A stretch of 64,000 nt of DNA from Squalus acanthias. Lineage: Eukaryota. The stretch covers positions 19,222,001-19,286,000 of the forward strand of contig CM059432.1 in NCBI GenBank assembly GCA_030390025.1, given 5' to 3'. This document shows, piece after piece, positions 47,821-61,675 of the stretch (within the stretch, counting starts at the first letter, position 1; every line of letters begins with the position of its first letter). Below the pieces are notes generated by a model. It did not search any database and was not told where the DNA came from. It saw only the letters and a program-made list of their open reading frames with translations. Both the position numbers and the translations under genes were made by a program.

Positions 47821-50473
47821 GATATCCTGTGGTACCGTGAGAATTTGGGTCATCTAATCATAGGGAGGAAATGATTCCCATTTACAGGAAAGCAACAAAG
47901 GACGATTGCAAAAATAAACTCAAACGCTAGTCAAGGAAAAGGCACTGGGAACTGTAGCCAAACTAGAAGTCGCCAGAAATACACAGCATGCTAACCAATG
48001 TATGAAAAGGGAAAGAGAGGTTAGTGTTTCAGTAAGGATTCTTCATCAAAACCGTCACACCCAAAGTGTTAACTTTTCAGACTGACTGCATACTTCCAAT
48101 TTCTTTTAAATATTATTTCATAGTTCCAGCCCTGTGGTTTTTCTCTTTAACTCCAGGAACTATAAGTTGCTTATGTGGTTCACATGCTTCTGTATTTATT
48201 GTGGGGTAGCTTTTATGAGTTACTGCTCCCATCGCAGAGCTTTGTGCAATGGACGGACGTACTGGCAATTCAGGCATTGCGTCCCCAATTTGCAGACCAC
48301 ATGACTTTTCACCCATTAAAGTAAATAGCCATGCAAGCCATGAATCAGGTGCAGTGACCGCCACACCTGAATTCCCAGTGTGCCCCCCCCCTGTCACGCA
48401 AAGCTCCGCGCTAACTTATAAAATGTACTCATTTCAGTTTATCTGGTTTGCATCTTTATGTATTTGCTTATGTTGGTGGGGTTGACATCCCCCAAAAAGT
48501 TTAATTGACAAACGGACTGCAAGTTAGCCATTCCAAATCATTAAGTGTGGTTCCCCAGTTAGTCAAAAATAAATACTGTTGCCAGATGGTGACAAATTAA
48601 CAACTAGTGGTGGCCATGAAACACGTGTGGACTTCATCACATGCTATACTGCAGGGATGTGCCCCAAATTCTTGGCTCTTAGACAGTACATTATAAGGAA
48701 GGTGGAGCCTACCAACAGTTAGTGGATGTCTATTAGTATTAAAGTTAATCTGTAGAGTTGCTCGGTGAGATTTTACCCACAGGGCAGTATTTTTTTTAAC
48801 AAATTTGGAAACCTTTTAAATGTCATGATTTGTATTCAAATTTAGCCCAAGGGATTTAGCTCATTCAATTTAAGTTTCAATTAGAAAGAGAGCGGTTCCA
48901 GGACTGGGTGCCTCAAAATTAGAAAGCGGTCAACAATGTTATGTGACGACAACCTTCATCGTCCTCCCAAAGGGCTTTGGGAGCATTGCAGGATAGCCCA
49001 TCACTTTGGGCTATCCTGAGGCAAAAAGATAAACCAGTGGCATCTGCCACTGACTATCCGCATAACGATGCTGAATGATAGATTACGAGTGACAATTTTG
49101 TTTTAAATTCCGTCAAAATGATTAAAGAAATATTTCTGACATGCTTCCTAATTAATGTGAATAGAGCTAAGACATAAATATTGCAGTAAAAACACGTGTT
49201 TTAAACAGTTAGCTCATCATTATTGCAAAGGCACATGTTAATTCAGACTCATCTTCAATCAGCCATCATTTAGAAAAAGAATTCAAAACTCCACAGGGAG
49301 CCAGATGTGCAGAGAGGACACAGCCACCAGCTCGTGATTTATTAATGTAATTTGCTGAGATCAACAATTGCAGATCGTTATCCAGGAACATTATGTAAAT
49401 GCAAAAATAGAACCTGACCTACCGTAAAATCCAGTGCATAGATGGGCGACCAAAACTCCTCAGGTTACGATCCCGGCACTTGCGCCGTGCCCATACCTGC
49501 CAATGCCCTACAACGCTGACTCTGCCGGAGTTTGCAGGGTTCAGCGGGAGGGCACCTTAATTTGCATGGGACAGGCGGGCACGAGCGCGCCTTCGAGTGC
49601 AGCTCTGGCAGTTGCCCGCCCATTCGCTTTGCCTTGTCGTCCTGCTGTCTCGCCTCTTGTGGTCTGTCGGTTTCAGGAATTGTGTGCGATCTTTTTCCTG
49701 CGTGAGAAAAGAATGCTTGTTATTGCTAGTCACCGACTGTTGGATCTGACAAGTGTTTGAGAATTCTCATCACTTCTCTTCTGGAATTTCCACAGAAATA
49801 GCGAGGCCTCAATGGGCATGCATGCACCGCAGGATGCTGTATCTATTCAATTGAAATATTTGGCTGCAGGTTCACTACATATCATTTAGTGTACGGCCGA
49901 TATCCTTAGATTTGTGAACACACTTTTAGGGCAAATATAGGTCTACTATCTGAAATATACATAATATACATTAAAAGCGGTTTGCAGCCATCACACTTAT
50001 CTTTGAGGGGTAATTAAACTTTATCTAGCATTAGAGAGGGGTTTGCGGGTTTGAATAGTTACCAGTGACCACCTGAGCCACTTCCTTCCACATGGTCCTA
50101 GCACTCCTGCTCCTCCTAGCCCCACAACAATCTTTTACTTTCACTTTGGAAGAGGCCTCCAACAGTTCCTATGAGGACCGGTTAGGCCCTTCAATGGCTT
50201 TACGCATTTCTCTTTGAAAAATGCAATTGGTGTCCTACAACAGGTGTAGGACCCCAGTTTGTATAACTAAATAGCCTCCTGCCTGTGTTGGGCAGGAGTG
50301 CTGAGTGCCCATTTAAAGGCCTGTCTGAAAGTTGAGTCAGGCAAATGGGCGCGCGAGAGCCCCACCCAACTTTCAACTACTGGTCGCATGTTTTTCAGGT
50401 GAGAAATGGACAGCCGGGCAGTTGAAAGTCTGCCCCAAAGTTTCGGGTCAACTTTTTGATTCTTGAGATAAGT

Positions 50474-50552
50474 CTCAAGGGCAACTAGGGGTGGGCAATA
50501 AATGCTGGCCTTGCCAGCGACGTCCACATCCCATGAACTAATATAAAAAAAA
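50474..50552 (+). mobile_element. Second-lineage LINE/SINE 3' tail
   Basis: CTCAAGGGCAACTAGGG...AATAAATGCTGGCCTTGCCAGCGACG...A-rich end. Confidence 0.7.
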
Positions 50553-50579
50553 TATAAGTCAGTATTAGTGCTAAGTCAT

Positions 50580-53085
50580 TTGTCTAAACCAGTCAGGATT
50601 TTAAATGTCTCTATAAGATCCCCCCTCATTCTTCTGAACTCCAGAGGATACAAGTTCAGTTGACCCAATCTTTCTTGATATGTCAGTCCGGCCATCCCAG
50701 GAATCAATCTAGTGAACCTTCGCTGCACTCCCTCAATAGCAAGAATGTCCTTCCTTAAGTTAGGAGACCAAAACTGCGCACAATACTCCAGGTGTGGCCT
50801 CACCAAGGCCCTGTACAACTGTAGCATCACCTCCCTACTCCTGTACTCAAATCCCCTTGCTATGAAGGCCATCATTCCGTTTGCTTTCTTGACTGCCTGC
50901 TGCACTTGCATTCCCACCTTCAGTGACTGATGTACCATGACGCCCAGGTCTCGTTGCACGTCCCCTTTCCCTAATCTGCCACCATTCAGGTAATAGTCCG
51001 CCTCTCTATTTTTACCACCAAAGTGGATAACCTCACATTTATCCACATTGTACTTCATCTGCCATACATTTGCCCATTCACCCAACCTGTCCAAGTCACT
51101 CTGTAGCCTCCTAGCATCCTCCTCATTGTTCACACTGCCTCCCAATTTAGTGTCATCCGCAAATTTGGAGATATTACATTTAATCCCTTCGTCCAAATCA
51201 TTAATATATAATGTAAACAGCTGGGGTCCCAGCACCGAACCCTGCGGTACCCCGCTGGTCACTGCCTGCCATTCTGAAAAGTACCCATTTACTCCTACTC
51301 TTTGTTTCCTGTGTGCCAACCAGTTCTCAATCCACGTCAACACATTACCCCCAATCCCATGTGCTTTAACTTTGCTCACCAATCTCTTGTGTGGGACCTT
51401 GTCGAAGGCCTTCTGAAAGTCCAAATACACCACATCTACTGGTTCCCCCCTGTCCACCCTATTGGAAACATCCTCAAAAAATTCCAGAAGATTTGTCAAG
51501 CATGATTTCCCTTTCACAAATCCATGCTGACTTGGACCTATCATGTCGCCACTTTCCAAATGGTCTGTTATGACATCTTTAATAATTGCTTCCATCATTT
51601 TACCCACGACCGATGTCAGGCTGACGGGTCTATAATTCCCTGCTTTCTCCCTCCCTCCTTTTTTAAAAAGAGGGGTTACATTGGCCACCCTCCACTCCAT
51701 CGGAACTGATCCAGAGTCTAAGGAATGTTGGAAAATGATCGTCAATGCATCCACTATTTCCAAGGCCACCTCCTTAAGTACTCTGGGATGCAGACCATCA
51801 GGCCCCGGGGATTTTTCAGCCTTCAGTCCCATCAATTTCCCCAATACCTTTTCCCGACTAATAAGGATTTCCCTCAGCTCCTCCCTCTTACCAGATCCTC
51901 TGACCCCTTTTATTTCCGGCAGGTTGTGTGTGTCCTCCACAGTAAACACCGAACCAAAGTACTTGTTCAATTGATCTGCCATTTCCTTGTTCCCCATTAC
52001 GACTTCCCCTGTTTCCGACTGCAGGGGACCTACGTTTGTTTTTACTAACCTCTTTCTTTTTACATATTTATAGAAGCTTTTGCAGTCCATTTTAATGTTC
52101 TCTGCAAGCTTCCTTTCATATTTTATTTTCCCTGCCCTAATCAAACCCTTCGTCCTCCTCTGCTGAGTTTTGAAGTTCTCCCAGTCCCCGGGTTTGCTGC
52201 TACTTCTTGCCAATTTGTATGCAACTTCCTTGGTTTTAATACTATCCCTGATTTCCCTTGTTAGCCATGGTTGAGCCACCTTCCCTTTTTTATTTTTACG
52301 CCAGACCGGGATGTACAATTGTTGTAGTTCATCCATGCGATCTCTAAATGTCTGCCATTGCCCTTCCACTGATAGCCCCTTAAATATCGCTTGCCAATTT
52401 AACCTCGCCAATTCACGCCTCATACCCTCAAAGTTGCCCTTATTTAAGTTCTGGACCATGGTCTCTGACTTAACTCTTTCCTTCTCCATCCTAATGTAGA
52501 ACTCCACCATACTATGGTCACTCTTCCCCAGGGGGCCTCGTACCACAAGATTGCTGATTAGTCCCTCCTCATTACACAACACCCAGTCCAGGATGGCCTC
52601 CCCTCGAGTTGGTTCCTCAACATATTGGTTTAGGAAACCATCCCTTAAACACTCCAGGAAATCCTCCTCCACCGTATTGCTTCCAGTTTGAGTAGCCCAA
52701 TCTATGTGCATATTAAAGTCACCCATGATAACTGCCGTGCCTTTTTTGCACGCACCTCTGATTTCCTGTTTCATACCCTCCCCCACCTCACTACTGCTGT
52801 TTGGAGGTCTGTACACAACTCCCACTAACGTTTTCTGCCCTTTGGTGTTCTGCAGCTCAACCCATATTGATTCCACATCCTCCAAGCTGATGTCCTTCCT
52901 AGCTATTGCATTAATCTCCTCTTTAACCAGCAATGCTACCCCACCCCCTTTTCCTTTTATTCTATCCTTTCTGAATGTTGAATACCCCTGGATGTTCAGT
53001 TCCCAGCCTTGATTGTTCTGGAGCCACGTCTCTGTAATCCCAATCACATCGTATCCATTAACATCTATTTGCACAGTCAAGTCAT
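50580..53085 (-). mobile_element. CR1 ORF2 segment, uninterrupted ~835 codons, truncated at both ends
   Basis: EN (ITETW, GDFN, SDH) and RT (FADD) motifs; ends at ILTGLDK with no 3' UTR; AAGTCAT direct repeat at both junctions. Confidence 0.92.
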
Positions 53086-54765
53086 GAAACATTTACCTTT
53101 TGGGCAACAACACGAACTCCCAGATTTGGTACAGCCAAGCCAAGTAAAGACTAAAGGCCTGACAATATATCTCAGCAAACATTTAGAACATTATCGCTTA
53201 CTGCACCTGTCTGACATTTTTCCATTTCCCATATCAGCCACCCGTTGGCTTCTTTGAATGAGATTTTACAATTTAGCGCCAGTTATTGAGAATTAGGGGC
53301 CGTTTAATGCTACTGGCCTGAATCCACTAGGGTTATGACTGCTCAAACTTGTTTACCTTACAACCTGATAGCCAGTGACGGTAAAATTTAATGAACAAAG
53401 ATTTTTCTGAGGTGCAATATTTGGATATTTACTTCTGCATCATCATTCCACTTAATCATGTTTTAATTCAGTGAATTGATTATATTGAAGTTAATGCTGT
53501 ATTTCTAATTCACTTAATAAACCAAAAAATGATGTTAATTAAAAATTAAATATCCTTTCAAAAAATTAGAATTCCATAATGAGTATTATATGCATTAAGA
53601 GAACATTGCACCTTAAGGGCTACTTTGCTAAATTACAAGGGTTTACTGTCTTTATAATGAGTGCACACTGTGTTAGAAGGTGGAGCAATGAAGCAGCAAA
53701 GCGAAAATAGGATTGCGAAGGTCACAAGTCAAGTATTGTAACCTTCTGTTTAATTGAACCTCTTTTAACAACCGACCACTGAGTTGGACCACTCTGAATT
53801 TATCACAGGTTATCCACATCAAGTTGCATAATTTTCTGCTTCAAACTCAGATCATTTTGCGTTTCCTTTGGATAAAAGGAAATTAAGAGAGATCTCATTT
53901 GCACATTTGTATAGAATTTATATTAAAAATTTTAGCAGCACCGTTTTTCACTTCACAGAGTATGTTGATCATCTACAGTCCCATTTGCATGTCTAATACA
54001 GCAATTATTTGATTGTGGAAATAAAGCAAAGGGCTAAGGCTCATAATGCAGGACACCACTCAATTTGAAAAGAGTGAAAGAAAAGAAGAGAGTGCAAAAA
54101 TAATTGAGCAATTTGTCGATGGTTTCTTATTTTTACGTTATTGTTTCTCTTACTTTAAAATGTCACACAAGATGGGGTGGGGGTAGGGGTTACACCTCCA
54201 TTGAAAAGCACTCTGGCTAAAGCCAAAGGCCGCGATTTTGCCGGCGCTCAGAGGGCGGGTTTGGAGGTGAGCCGAGAGTTAAAATCCAAATGATTGACGG
54301 CGGGTTGCGAACCCGCCACCATCCCGCCTCCACTCAACTTTGCAAAGTGTCGGGTCGGCGAGTCTCGATCAAACCCGACACCAAACGGCGGGAGAGGCAC
54401 TTAAGGCAGTTAACAGCTTGTTAACTGCCTAGATAATCCCTTTTTTACTGGCTCTTCCCATTTTACAACATTTTCAGAGTGATGCCCGTTGTGCGACAAA
54501 CACGCCAGCTGATTGTGCCGGGTTCTGCAAGTAGCTGAATTGTTGACAGCTGTTCCTGCAGCATAAAAGCGGAGGTGCAATATGGCTCACTTTTAGATCC
54601 AGGATTTTGTGCTTTGAGGTTTTGGAACACATTTTGCAGGTCTATTGAGCTTGTGAGTGTTTAAGCTGAGATCCATATACACTGTGACCTCCTTGGAATA
54701 CCCTCTCCCCACATTGACTGAGCGCTTATAACATCTCTTCCTCAACTGAGATATATACCAGCGGG

Positions 54766-55966
54766 ATGGGAACCATTTATACCCTCTCATCCTGATCCTC
54801 AGAATTGGAGGAAGAGCAGTCGTGGTAGCAGCAGAACCAGGCACAACAGCAGCACCAACAACAGGAGCGCCAATCTTCTCCTCAGCCACCTGAGGATGCA
54901 CAGAGGGTGTCAGCGCAGGGCTGCACCTCGCCGCAGGAGATACCCCCAACACAGGGTTTACAGGCCGAGGATGATCTTCCCCAATATGAGTGAGAAGCAG
55001 TGGCAAAGGAGGCTGAGACTTTCACGAGAGGTTGTCGCTGACATCTGCACAATGCTGCACCAACACCTGGAGCCCAGAGGAGCGGGTGGACACTCCTTAC
55101 CAGTGGCTGTCAAAGTCACCACTGCCCTCAACTTCTTTGCCTTGGGGTCCTTCCAGGGATCATCAGCAGACATCAGCGGCATCGCCCAGTTGGCCGCACA
55201 CACTTGCATCACGCAAGTTACCAATGCCCTCTATGCAAAGTCGCACAAGTGCATCCACTGTGCGTGCAGTTGGCTTTGCAAATATGGCAGGCTTCCCAAG
55301 GGTGCAGGGCGTCGTAGACTGCACACATGTGGCCATCAGGGCACCCCATCACAATCCAGCTGTATTTGTGAACCGCAAGGGCTTCCACTCCCTTATCGTC
55401 CAGCTGGTGTGTAACCACAGGAAGAACATTATGCATGTTTGTGCCAAGTTCCCTGGCAGTTGCCATGGCTCGTTCATCCTGCGGAAGTCTACTGTGCTTC
55501 AGCTCTTCAATCCGCCAACCCAACTTTCCGAATGGTGCTTGGAGACAAGGGGTATCCCCTGAAAAAGTGGCTAATGACACCGATGAGGAGGCCATCAAAT
55601 GAAGCTGAGGAGTGGTACAATGTGAGCCACATTTCCACCAGAAGCATCATAGAGCAAACCATTGGCTTGCTCAAAATGCGATTCAGATGCCTCAACAGAT
55701 CAGGTGGAGCCCTACAGATCGCACCAGCCAGGGTCTACAGAATCATCGTGGTCTGCTGTGCCCTGCACAACATCGCACAGCAGCGTGGCTTAGCACTGCC
55801 TGAGGAACAAGTGGCTCAGTGCACAGCCTCCTTGGAAGAGGAGGAGTAGGAGGAGGAGGCAGATGAGGGACGCCTTGCGGGGGTGGATGTGACAAATCTA
55901 CCAGCACGCGAGCACATTGCTGGCCGTGAGCCAAGGGATGCACTAATCCATGCCAGATTTGCGTAA
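54766..55966 (+). pseudogene. Harbinger DDE transposase, multiply disabled
   Basis: [33 protein letters not shown]; several stops, frameshifts and a deletion near 55260. Confidence 0.9.
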
Positions 55967-56236
55967 TTTTACGCAGCAAACACATGTGGCTGGCACGTGG
56001 AAATGAATGTCTGGCTGACCTTCTTAACACACCATACAGCATCTGTACAATAAACTGTGGTTTTCTATCACTCTCACCACCATCATTACAGATGAAAGGC
56101 GCCCTGACCCCTTACTGTGCAACTTCCATTTCTGAGCACACATAGGCCAACTCTTTGAATCTTTGCCATCGCTTTTCTTTAATACATTTATAATCATGAT
56201 GACAAACATTTGTATCAGATGAAAACACCCAAGTGA

Positions 56237-58609
56237 CTACCCTTGTGACCATTTGTCTGTTAACTTTCTCTTCTGCGTGCTTTTACGTGGTGCTTCCTCT
56301 GTGGCTTCAGCAGATGTAGAGGCACCTTGCTCACTTCTATGCTGCACCTGCTTAGACGCCTTTGGCGGGAGTCCTCTGGGTTTGGGAGCCTGGGAGGGCT
56401 CGGCAACAGTCTGCTCTTCCTGCGGCTGTGCAGGGGCTTTGACGGCCATCTCAGTTGAGTGAGGAATCTGTGGCTCTGACCGAGGGCTCCGCTGTGGCAT
56501 GGTAATCTGAGCGCTTGGAGAGGAGCCTACATTTCCTTGTTGTTGACCACCAACATCCCTCTCATGGGTCAGCCCCACTTCACTACTAGCAAGTGGCTGG
56601 AGAGCACCTTGCTGCACATCAGTGGAGCCATGAGGACCCATCTCTGTACAGACAGTCCTCATAATGGGGGCGTCCATGTACCTGTGGTTCCTCTCCTCAA
56701 TAGATGCATATCTATCCTCCATAGCAGACCATCTATTTAGAAGAGTCACCATGCTCATTTCAGTCTGGCGATTTATGTCCTCCATGGAGGTTGCCATCCT
56801 TTCCATGGCGGCACCTACATTTGCTATTGCGTGCACCATGGCATTGCTCATGTTTGACATGGACTCCTCCATTTTCTGTACACTCGCAGTTGCTGTGGAT
56901 ACAAGCCCTGTCAGAGACCCCTGCACTAGTTCCTGTAGTTCCAACACCACTCTCTTTCTGGATGGCCCCAGAGGCACATCATCTATATGCAGCTGAGCAG
57001 AGCTAGGAGCGTCCTGCGACCTCCGACAAGGACTCTCCACTGCTGTCATTGTCTCCACCATCTGCTGATGCTCACTTGTGAGCTGTGATACACCTGGTGA
57101 CAACACAACTCTGTGTCGCGAAGGACCCACTGAGGTGTGTGTATCTGCGCTGGTGCTGGGTGCGCTGAGTCCTGGTGATGCTGCTCCCTCAGAGGCTGCA
57201 GATTCCTTTGAGGAGTTGTCCGGCTCTTCCTCCTGGACAGTGGGGAGGGGGGCTCTCGGTGGTCCTGTGGGGGAGTAAAGGTAGCAGACACATCCTATTG
57301 TGCAGATGATCATAACTCAATCTATATGAACATCAGATGCCATATCAGTCACTCATGCAATCTAAATGAGAGGGCTGCAAATCTATTCTGTTACCAGCTT
57401 GCTCTACTGCGTCCGTCTCACCGTCCCCCACTTCCAGCTCCTCTGTACCTCCGACAATGTTGAGAGCAGCCTCCTCAGCATTTGTTAAAGTTGTCAGGGA
57501 AGGTGGGCCTCCTCCTGTCCTCCCTCTCTCCCTCTTATTGTGGGCTCTCTTTTCCTGCAATGAGGGACACAAGTGGAGTTTCAGCGAGATTAATGGAGTG
57601 AGTGTAAAGAATCCATAACATAGAAGCTTAGAGGGAGGCAAAGATGGAGTGAGGTGCCAAAATCAAGGTGCCTCCCTGTGTGTTGTTAGTTGTTGTGATT
57701 GCATAACAGTGAGAGCAAGTGTGAGGGGTGCATAGTAGGATGGTGAAGTGATTCTGTACATAGAGAGAGAGGGATAGGTAAGGGTGCAAGGGAAGTAAGG
57801 GTAAGTTGGGATGTGGAGGAGTAGGTTGACAATGCAGAATGCTGGTGATGAGAACAGATGGGAAGCAGATTGAAGGTAAGTGTGATGTTATACTCACTTT
57901 TGCTGAGCGTAGCAGATCATTGTACCTTTTTTGGCACTGCACCCAGGCGCGTGAGCACAACGACCTTGCGCTTACCCTCAGCTGTGGCTCAGTGGATAGC
58001 ACACTCGCCTCTGAGTCAGAAAGTTGTGGGTTCAAGTCCCACTCCAGGGACTTGAGCACATAAAGCTAGACTGACACTCCAGTGCAATGCTGAGGGAGTG
58101 CGGCACTGTCGGAGGTGCCGTCTTTCGGATGAGACGTTATGCCGAGGCCCCGTCTGCCCTCTCAGGTGGATGTAAAAGATCCAATGGCACTGTTTTGAAG
58201 AAGAGCAGGGGTGTTAGCCCCGGTGTCCTGGCCAATATTTATCCCTCAACCAACATAACAAAAACAGATTATCTGGTCATTATCACATTGCTGTTTGTGG
58301 GAGCTTGCTGTGTGCAAATTGGCTGCCACGTTTCCCACATTACAACAGTGACGACACTTCAAAAAAGTACTTCATTGGCTATAAAGCGCTTTGTGACGTC
58401 CGGTGGTCATGAAAGGCGCTATACAAATGCAAGTCTTTCTTTCTTTTCTCCTCAGCAATTTGCAGCCAGGCTGCCTTTGTTTGCTGAGGAGGCTTCCTCC
58501 GGCCATCAGGAGGGAACAGAACCTCCCTGCGCCCCCTTACTCCCTCCAGAAGAGAATGAAGGGGGGAGTCATCAAATCGAGGAGCAGCCTTAGATCTTGC
58601 AGCAGTCAT
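56237..58609 (-). pseudogene. Harbinger Myb/SANT-like gene, exons 58609-57898 (SINE inside), 57554-57395, 57264-56237
   Basis: Spliced reconstruction without the SINE gives ~475 aa with no stop; exon sizes 240 and 160 match the other copies. Confidence 0.85.
57978..58447 (+). mobile_element. Full-length tRNA-headed DeuSINE-like SINE (SacSINE1/AmnSINE1 superfamily)
   Basis: A box TGGCTCAGTGG, B box GGTTCAAGTCC, Deu-like core GGAGGTGCCGTCTTTCGGATGAGACG...CCCCGGTGTCCTGGCCAA, (CTTT)n tail. Family name is from recall of the consensus. Confidence 0.8.
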
Positions 58610-59299
58610 GTTCAAAAGACCCGTTTTCAGGAGCAGCATAAAGGAAATGAAATCCAAAGGCTACATGGGCCCCTTAAAAGCTCCTGAATGGAAGACATCA
58701 GTAGAGGCGAGCAGCACACCCGAACCCGCTGATCGGGCCGGGTAGCGCGCACAGCGGGCTTAATAAGCCCAGTTAAATTAAATTTGTTATTTCGGAGCGG
58801 CTGAAGCCAGCAGCAGGACCAGAAGCCGCTGACCAGTCAACCCGACTCCAACCCGCCTCCGCTGGGAAAGTCGCAGCCAAAGAAGCTGGAATATTGGGGT
58901 CCCTGTTCCGCTGCCAGATGTGTGGCAGGGTGGGACTTCTGGCCGTCGCCATGCACTGGAGTTGGCCACATCCCAAATCGTGGGGACTGGGTCATTTACA
59001 TAGCCAGGGCAGGCAGCTCACAGCTTGTAGAGCCACCGGCATCTATCCAGAAGAAGTGCTGGGAAATCAGAGCAAAACCTTAATGGGACAAAGAATAAAG
59101 TTTGAAAAATGTGTTCTTCCCCACAGTGAAACAAAGTAGGCCATTCTTAGTTAATTGATCACTGAAACAACAGCACCTCATCTTTTGATGAGGCGCTTTA
59201 CAAACTTCTGGACTCGACATTGATTTCAATAACTTCAGATCATATCCACTGCTCTCATTTTTTCATATAGCCGGTGCTAGAAATGATTCTGCTGTTGCC

Positions 59300-59600
59300 A
59301 TTTGTAGCTCCTCTAGACCCATCTTTTGTTTCTTTACTTGTCCCATTACTACCCCCTTTTGCCTTGCACCATCATCCCTTTTGTTATTTAATCACTCCTG
59401 GCCTATCGCAGACCTTGCCCATTGTTCATCCATTCCCTTCCTCCCACCTTTTCCTTGGCTCTGTACTTGCTTATAAACTGCTAAATCTCTAACTTCTCTC
59501 AGTTCTGACAAAAGGTCATCGACCTGAAACGCTGACTTTGTTTCTCTCTCCATACCTGCTGCCTGACTTGCTGAGTATTTCCAGCATTTTTCTGTTTGCA
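59300..59600 (+). mobile_element. Older Penelope pLTR remnant with decayed hammerhead core
   Basis: CTGACAAAAGGTCATCGACCTGAAACGCTGAC at 59505, followed by the pLTR tail. Confidence 0.65.
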
Positions 59601-60107
59601 TATTAGGTAATTGATGCCCTCTGGGAGCTAATGCCTTTCCCCCCTCGAGATGTCTTGGGCCTACTTTAAGGTCCAGTATGGAACCCATGCCTGCTTTCAG
59701 CAGGTGTGACTTCTGCTGGGCCTAATGGGGGCGTGCAGGATGGCATTCCGGGGATAGCCCGGAAACTTCAACCAGACACGTTCCCAAAGCTGGCTGCAGA
59801 CATAGGGAGGTAAGCAGAAGACTCGCCTGCTCGCCCTCCAATTGGAATTTAACAGTCTACATGGTGCGGAGTCCTGGCAATTTCAAATTCTGTCCCATAT
59901 TCTTGCCCACAAGCAGCCCCCAACCCCTCAACTGGGCAATCCCCCTGGGATGCACATACGCCTTCCACCCCGCTCATCCCCCACCACCCTGCCATAGGAA
60001 TTTCAGGCCCAAAACTAGCTGATCTTGTCCTGGTTCAGAGGATTAATTAAGCTAATGATGTTTTGAACCAGTTGTCAGCTGAACACGTAAAACACACCAA
60101 ACACTGT

Positions 60108-60812
60108 GGGCTCGATTTTGTCATTGGGGTGGGCTGAGGTCGTGTCATCCACTTTTCGTGTTAGCCACCCAACTCCAATTGGATGTGGGAGAATTATTCG
60201 ATTTTCTCCGAATTGGGCAATTGAGTTCCAGCATGTGGGAACCCATGACTCAATTAGTTTTTTCAGTCTGAAAGTCGCCTCTGATGATGTCATAATTGCT
60301 GCTGCATTTAAGGTCTGCAAAGACTGGGAAGCTTTTGGCCTTTGCTGTGAGAGGGACCTGGAGGCAAAATGAGCAGCAGGAGACCTAAGTTTGCGCCCAG
60401 ATTTTTTTACCACCACCACCATCATTATGACTGCTAAAAGTTCCCCCAGAATGATGATTGATCAAATCTCCTTCTTAATGATGGACCTGCAGCTGATAGT
60501 CAGCAATCCAAGTGTGCTACGGCCAGGTTTCACCGTCGTGTTTCAGAGGAGGCGTGCATCACGTCGGAAAAGTCTTAAAATCAGAAAGGCCTCTCAAAAT
60601 GGGATTATAGAGGCAATTAAGTGGTTGTTAAGGACCTTAAGGGCCTATCCTGCCTCTTGGAGGCGGGACGGAGATGGGATCAGAAACCACGCATTTGGGA
60701 AAATTGCTCGGAGGCAGGATGGAGGCGGGGTCGGGCCTGCCTGCCAATTTTGCAATTTTAACACCCCACACGCCTCCATTCCCGCCTCCTCGGGCCTGGC
60801 AAAATCGAGCCC
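60108..60812. mobile_element. Harbinger-derived MITE
   Basis: Perfect 13-bp TIR GGGCTCGATTTTG; subterminal motif GTCGCCTCTGATGATGTCAT shared with 41012-41031; no exact TSD. Confidence 0.8.
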
Positions 60813-61152
60813 AGACTGTGCTCATCAAGTACCCTAGACTTGCATTATCATGCCTTTATCTTTATAGGTTGTGAAAATTGTTGACGTTCAAGGAGATTAC
60901 TTCTGTCTGGCAGTCTGACCTTCAAAACAGGGAATATTTATTAAAGAGTTTTGTGTATTTAAAAATCCAGTACATTTCATGCATCCGAGTTCAGTATCTG
61001 AGTATTGTTTTCTTTCTGAGTAGCAAGTTTGCAATTTCCTTCTGCATATCTCAAGGTCTGCAAAGAAGATTTCAAAGGATCTCATCTGGCTGGATTTTTT
61101 GGTTAACTCTTTGTGAACTAGATCCATATCCTGTCTTTGGACTGATCTTAAT

Positions 61153-61675
61153 GGTCTGGATTTTGCGGTCAGCGGCGCCGTGACGGCGCTCGCCGCTGCC
61201 CACAAAGATCTAGTGAGCTTTGTTGTGTCAATTTCACCTTTCCCGGTGTTAATTTCATTCTGGCGCAACCTATAAGCGATCTCTGGTGTCCAGCAACAGT
61301 GATGTCATCAAGTAGACTAAGCAGCCAATCACATTGAAGAATTCTCTCAGACAGCAAACCAGGAAATAAAAAGCACTGATTATCCTTAACTTTTTAATTA
61401 TTTTACAGAGAGCAAAATAAAGATTGGGACATGCACATGGGACTAAGGTAGAAGCTAAATATTATTTTAAAAATTATTAAAATAATTTTTATTCTTTCAA
61501 AAATCTATGTAATTTTTATCATAATGGAGAAATTTGACATTCCACAAATCTAAAATGAGCTTTTCAGGTCCAGAGAGCTTGTTCGTCAATAATTATGATT
61601 TAGTATGCCGTTAAAAACCCAGTTCCACTTCATTCAACAAGGCTTAACTTTTTCGGGGTTTTTTACAGCGAGGGT
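61153..61675. mobile_element. MITE-like fragment with AT-rich centre
   Basis: Starts GGTCTGGATTTTGC, like the local TIRs. Confidence 0.4.

Larger units (their letters stand above)
54228..58878. mobile_element. Complete PIF/Harbinger transposon, opposite orientation to 40845, with a SINE insertion
   Basis: Imperfect TIR GGCCGCGATTTTGCCGGCG / GGCTGCGACTTTCCCAGCG (15/19); AAA on both flanks; both genes present. Confidence 0.88.

Noticed and set aside
49420..49700. CpG-rich patch as a host promoter or exon
   Set aside because: Contains TIR-like AAAATCCAG and MITE-like motifs, with no convincing ORF; probably a decayed DNA element.
57983..58045. tRNA gene (also 62966-63030)
   Set aside because: A and B boxes run straight into a SINE body and tail; this is a SINE head.
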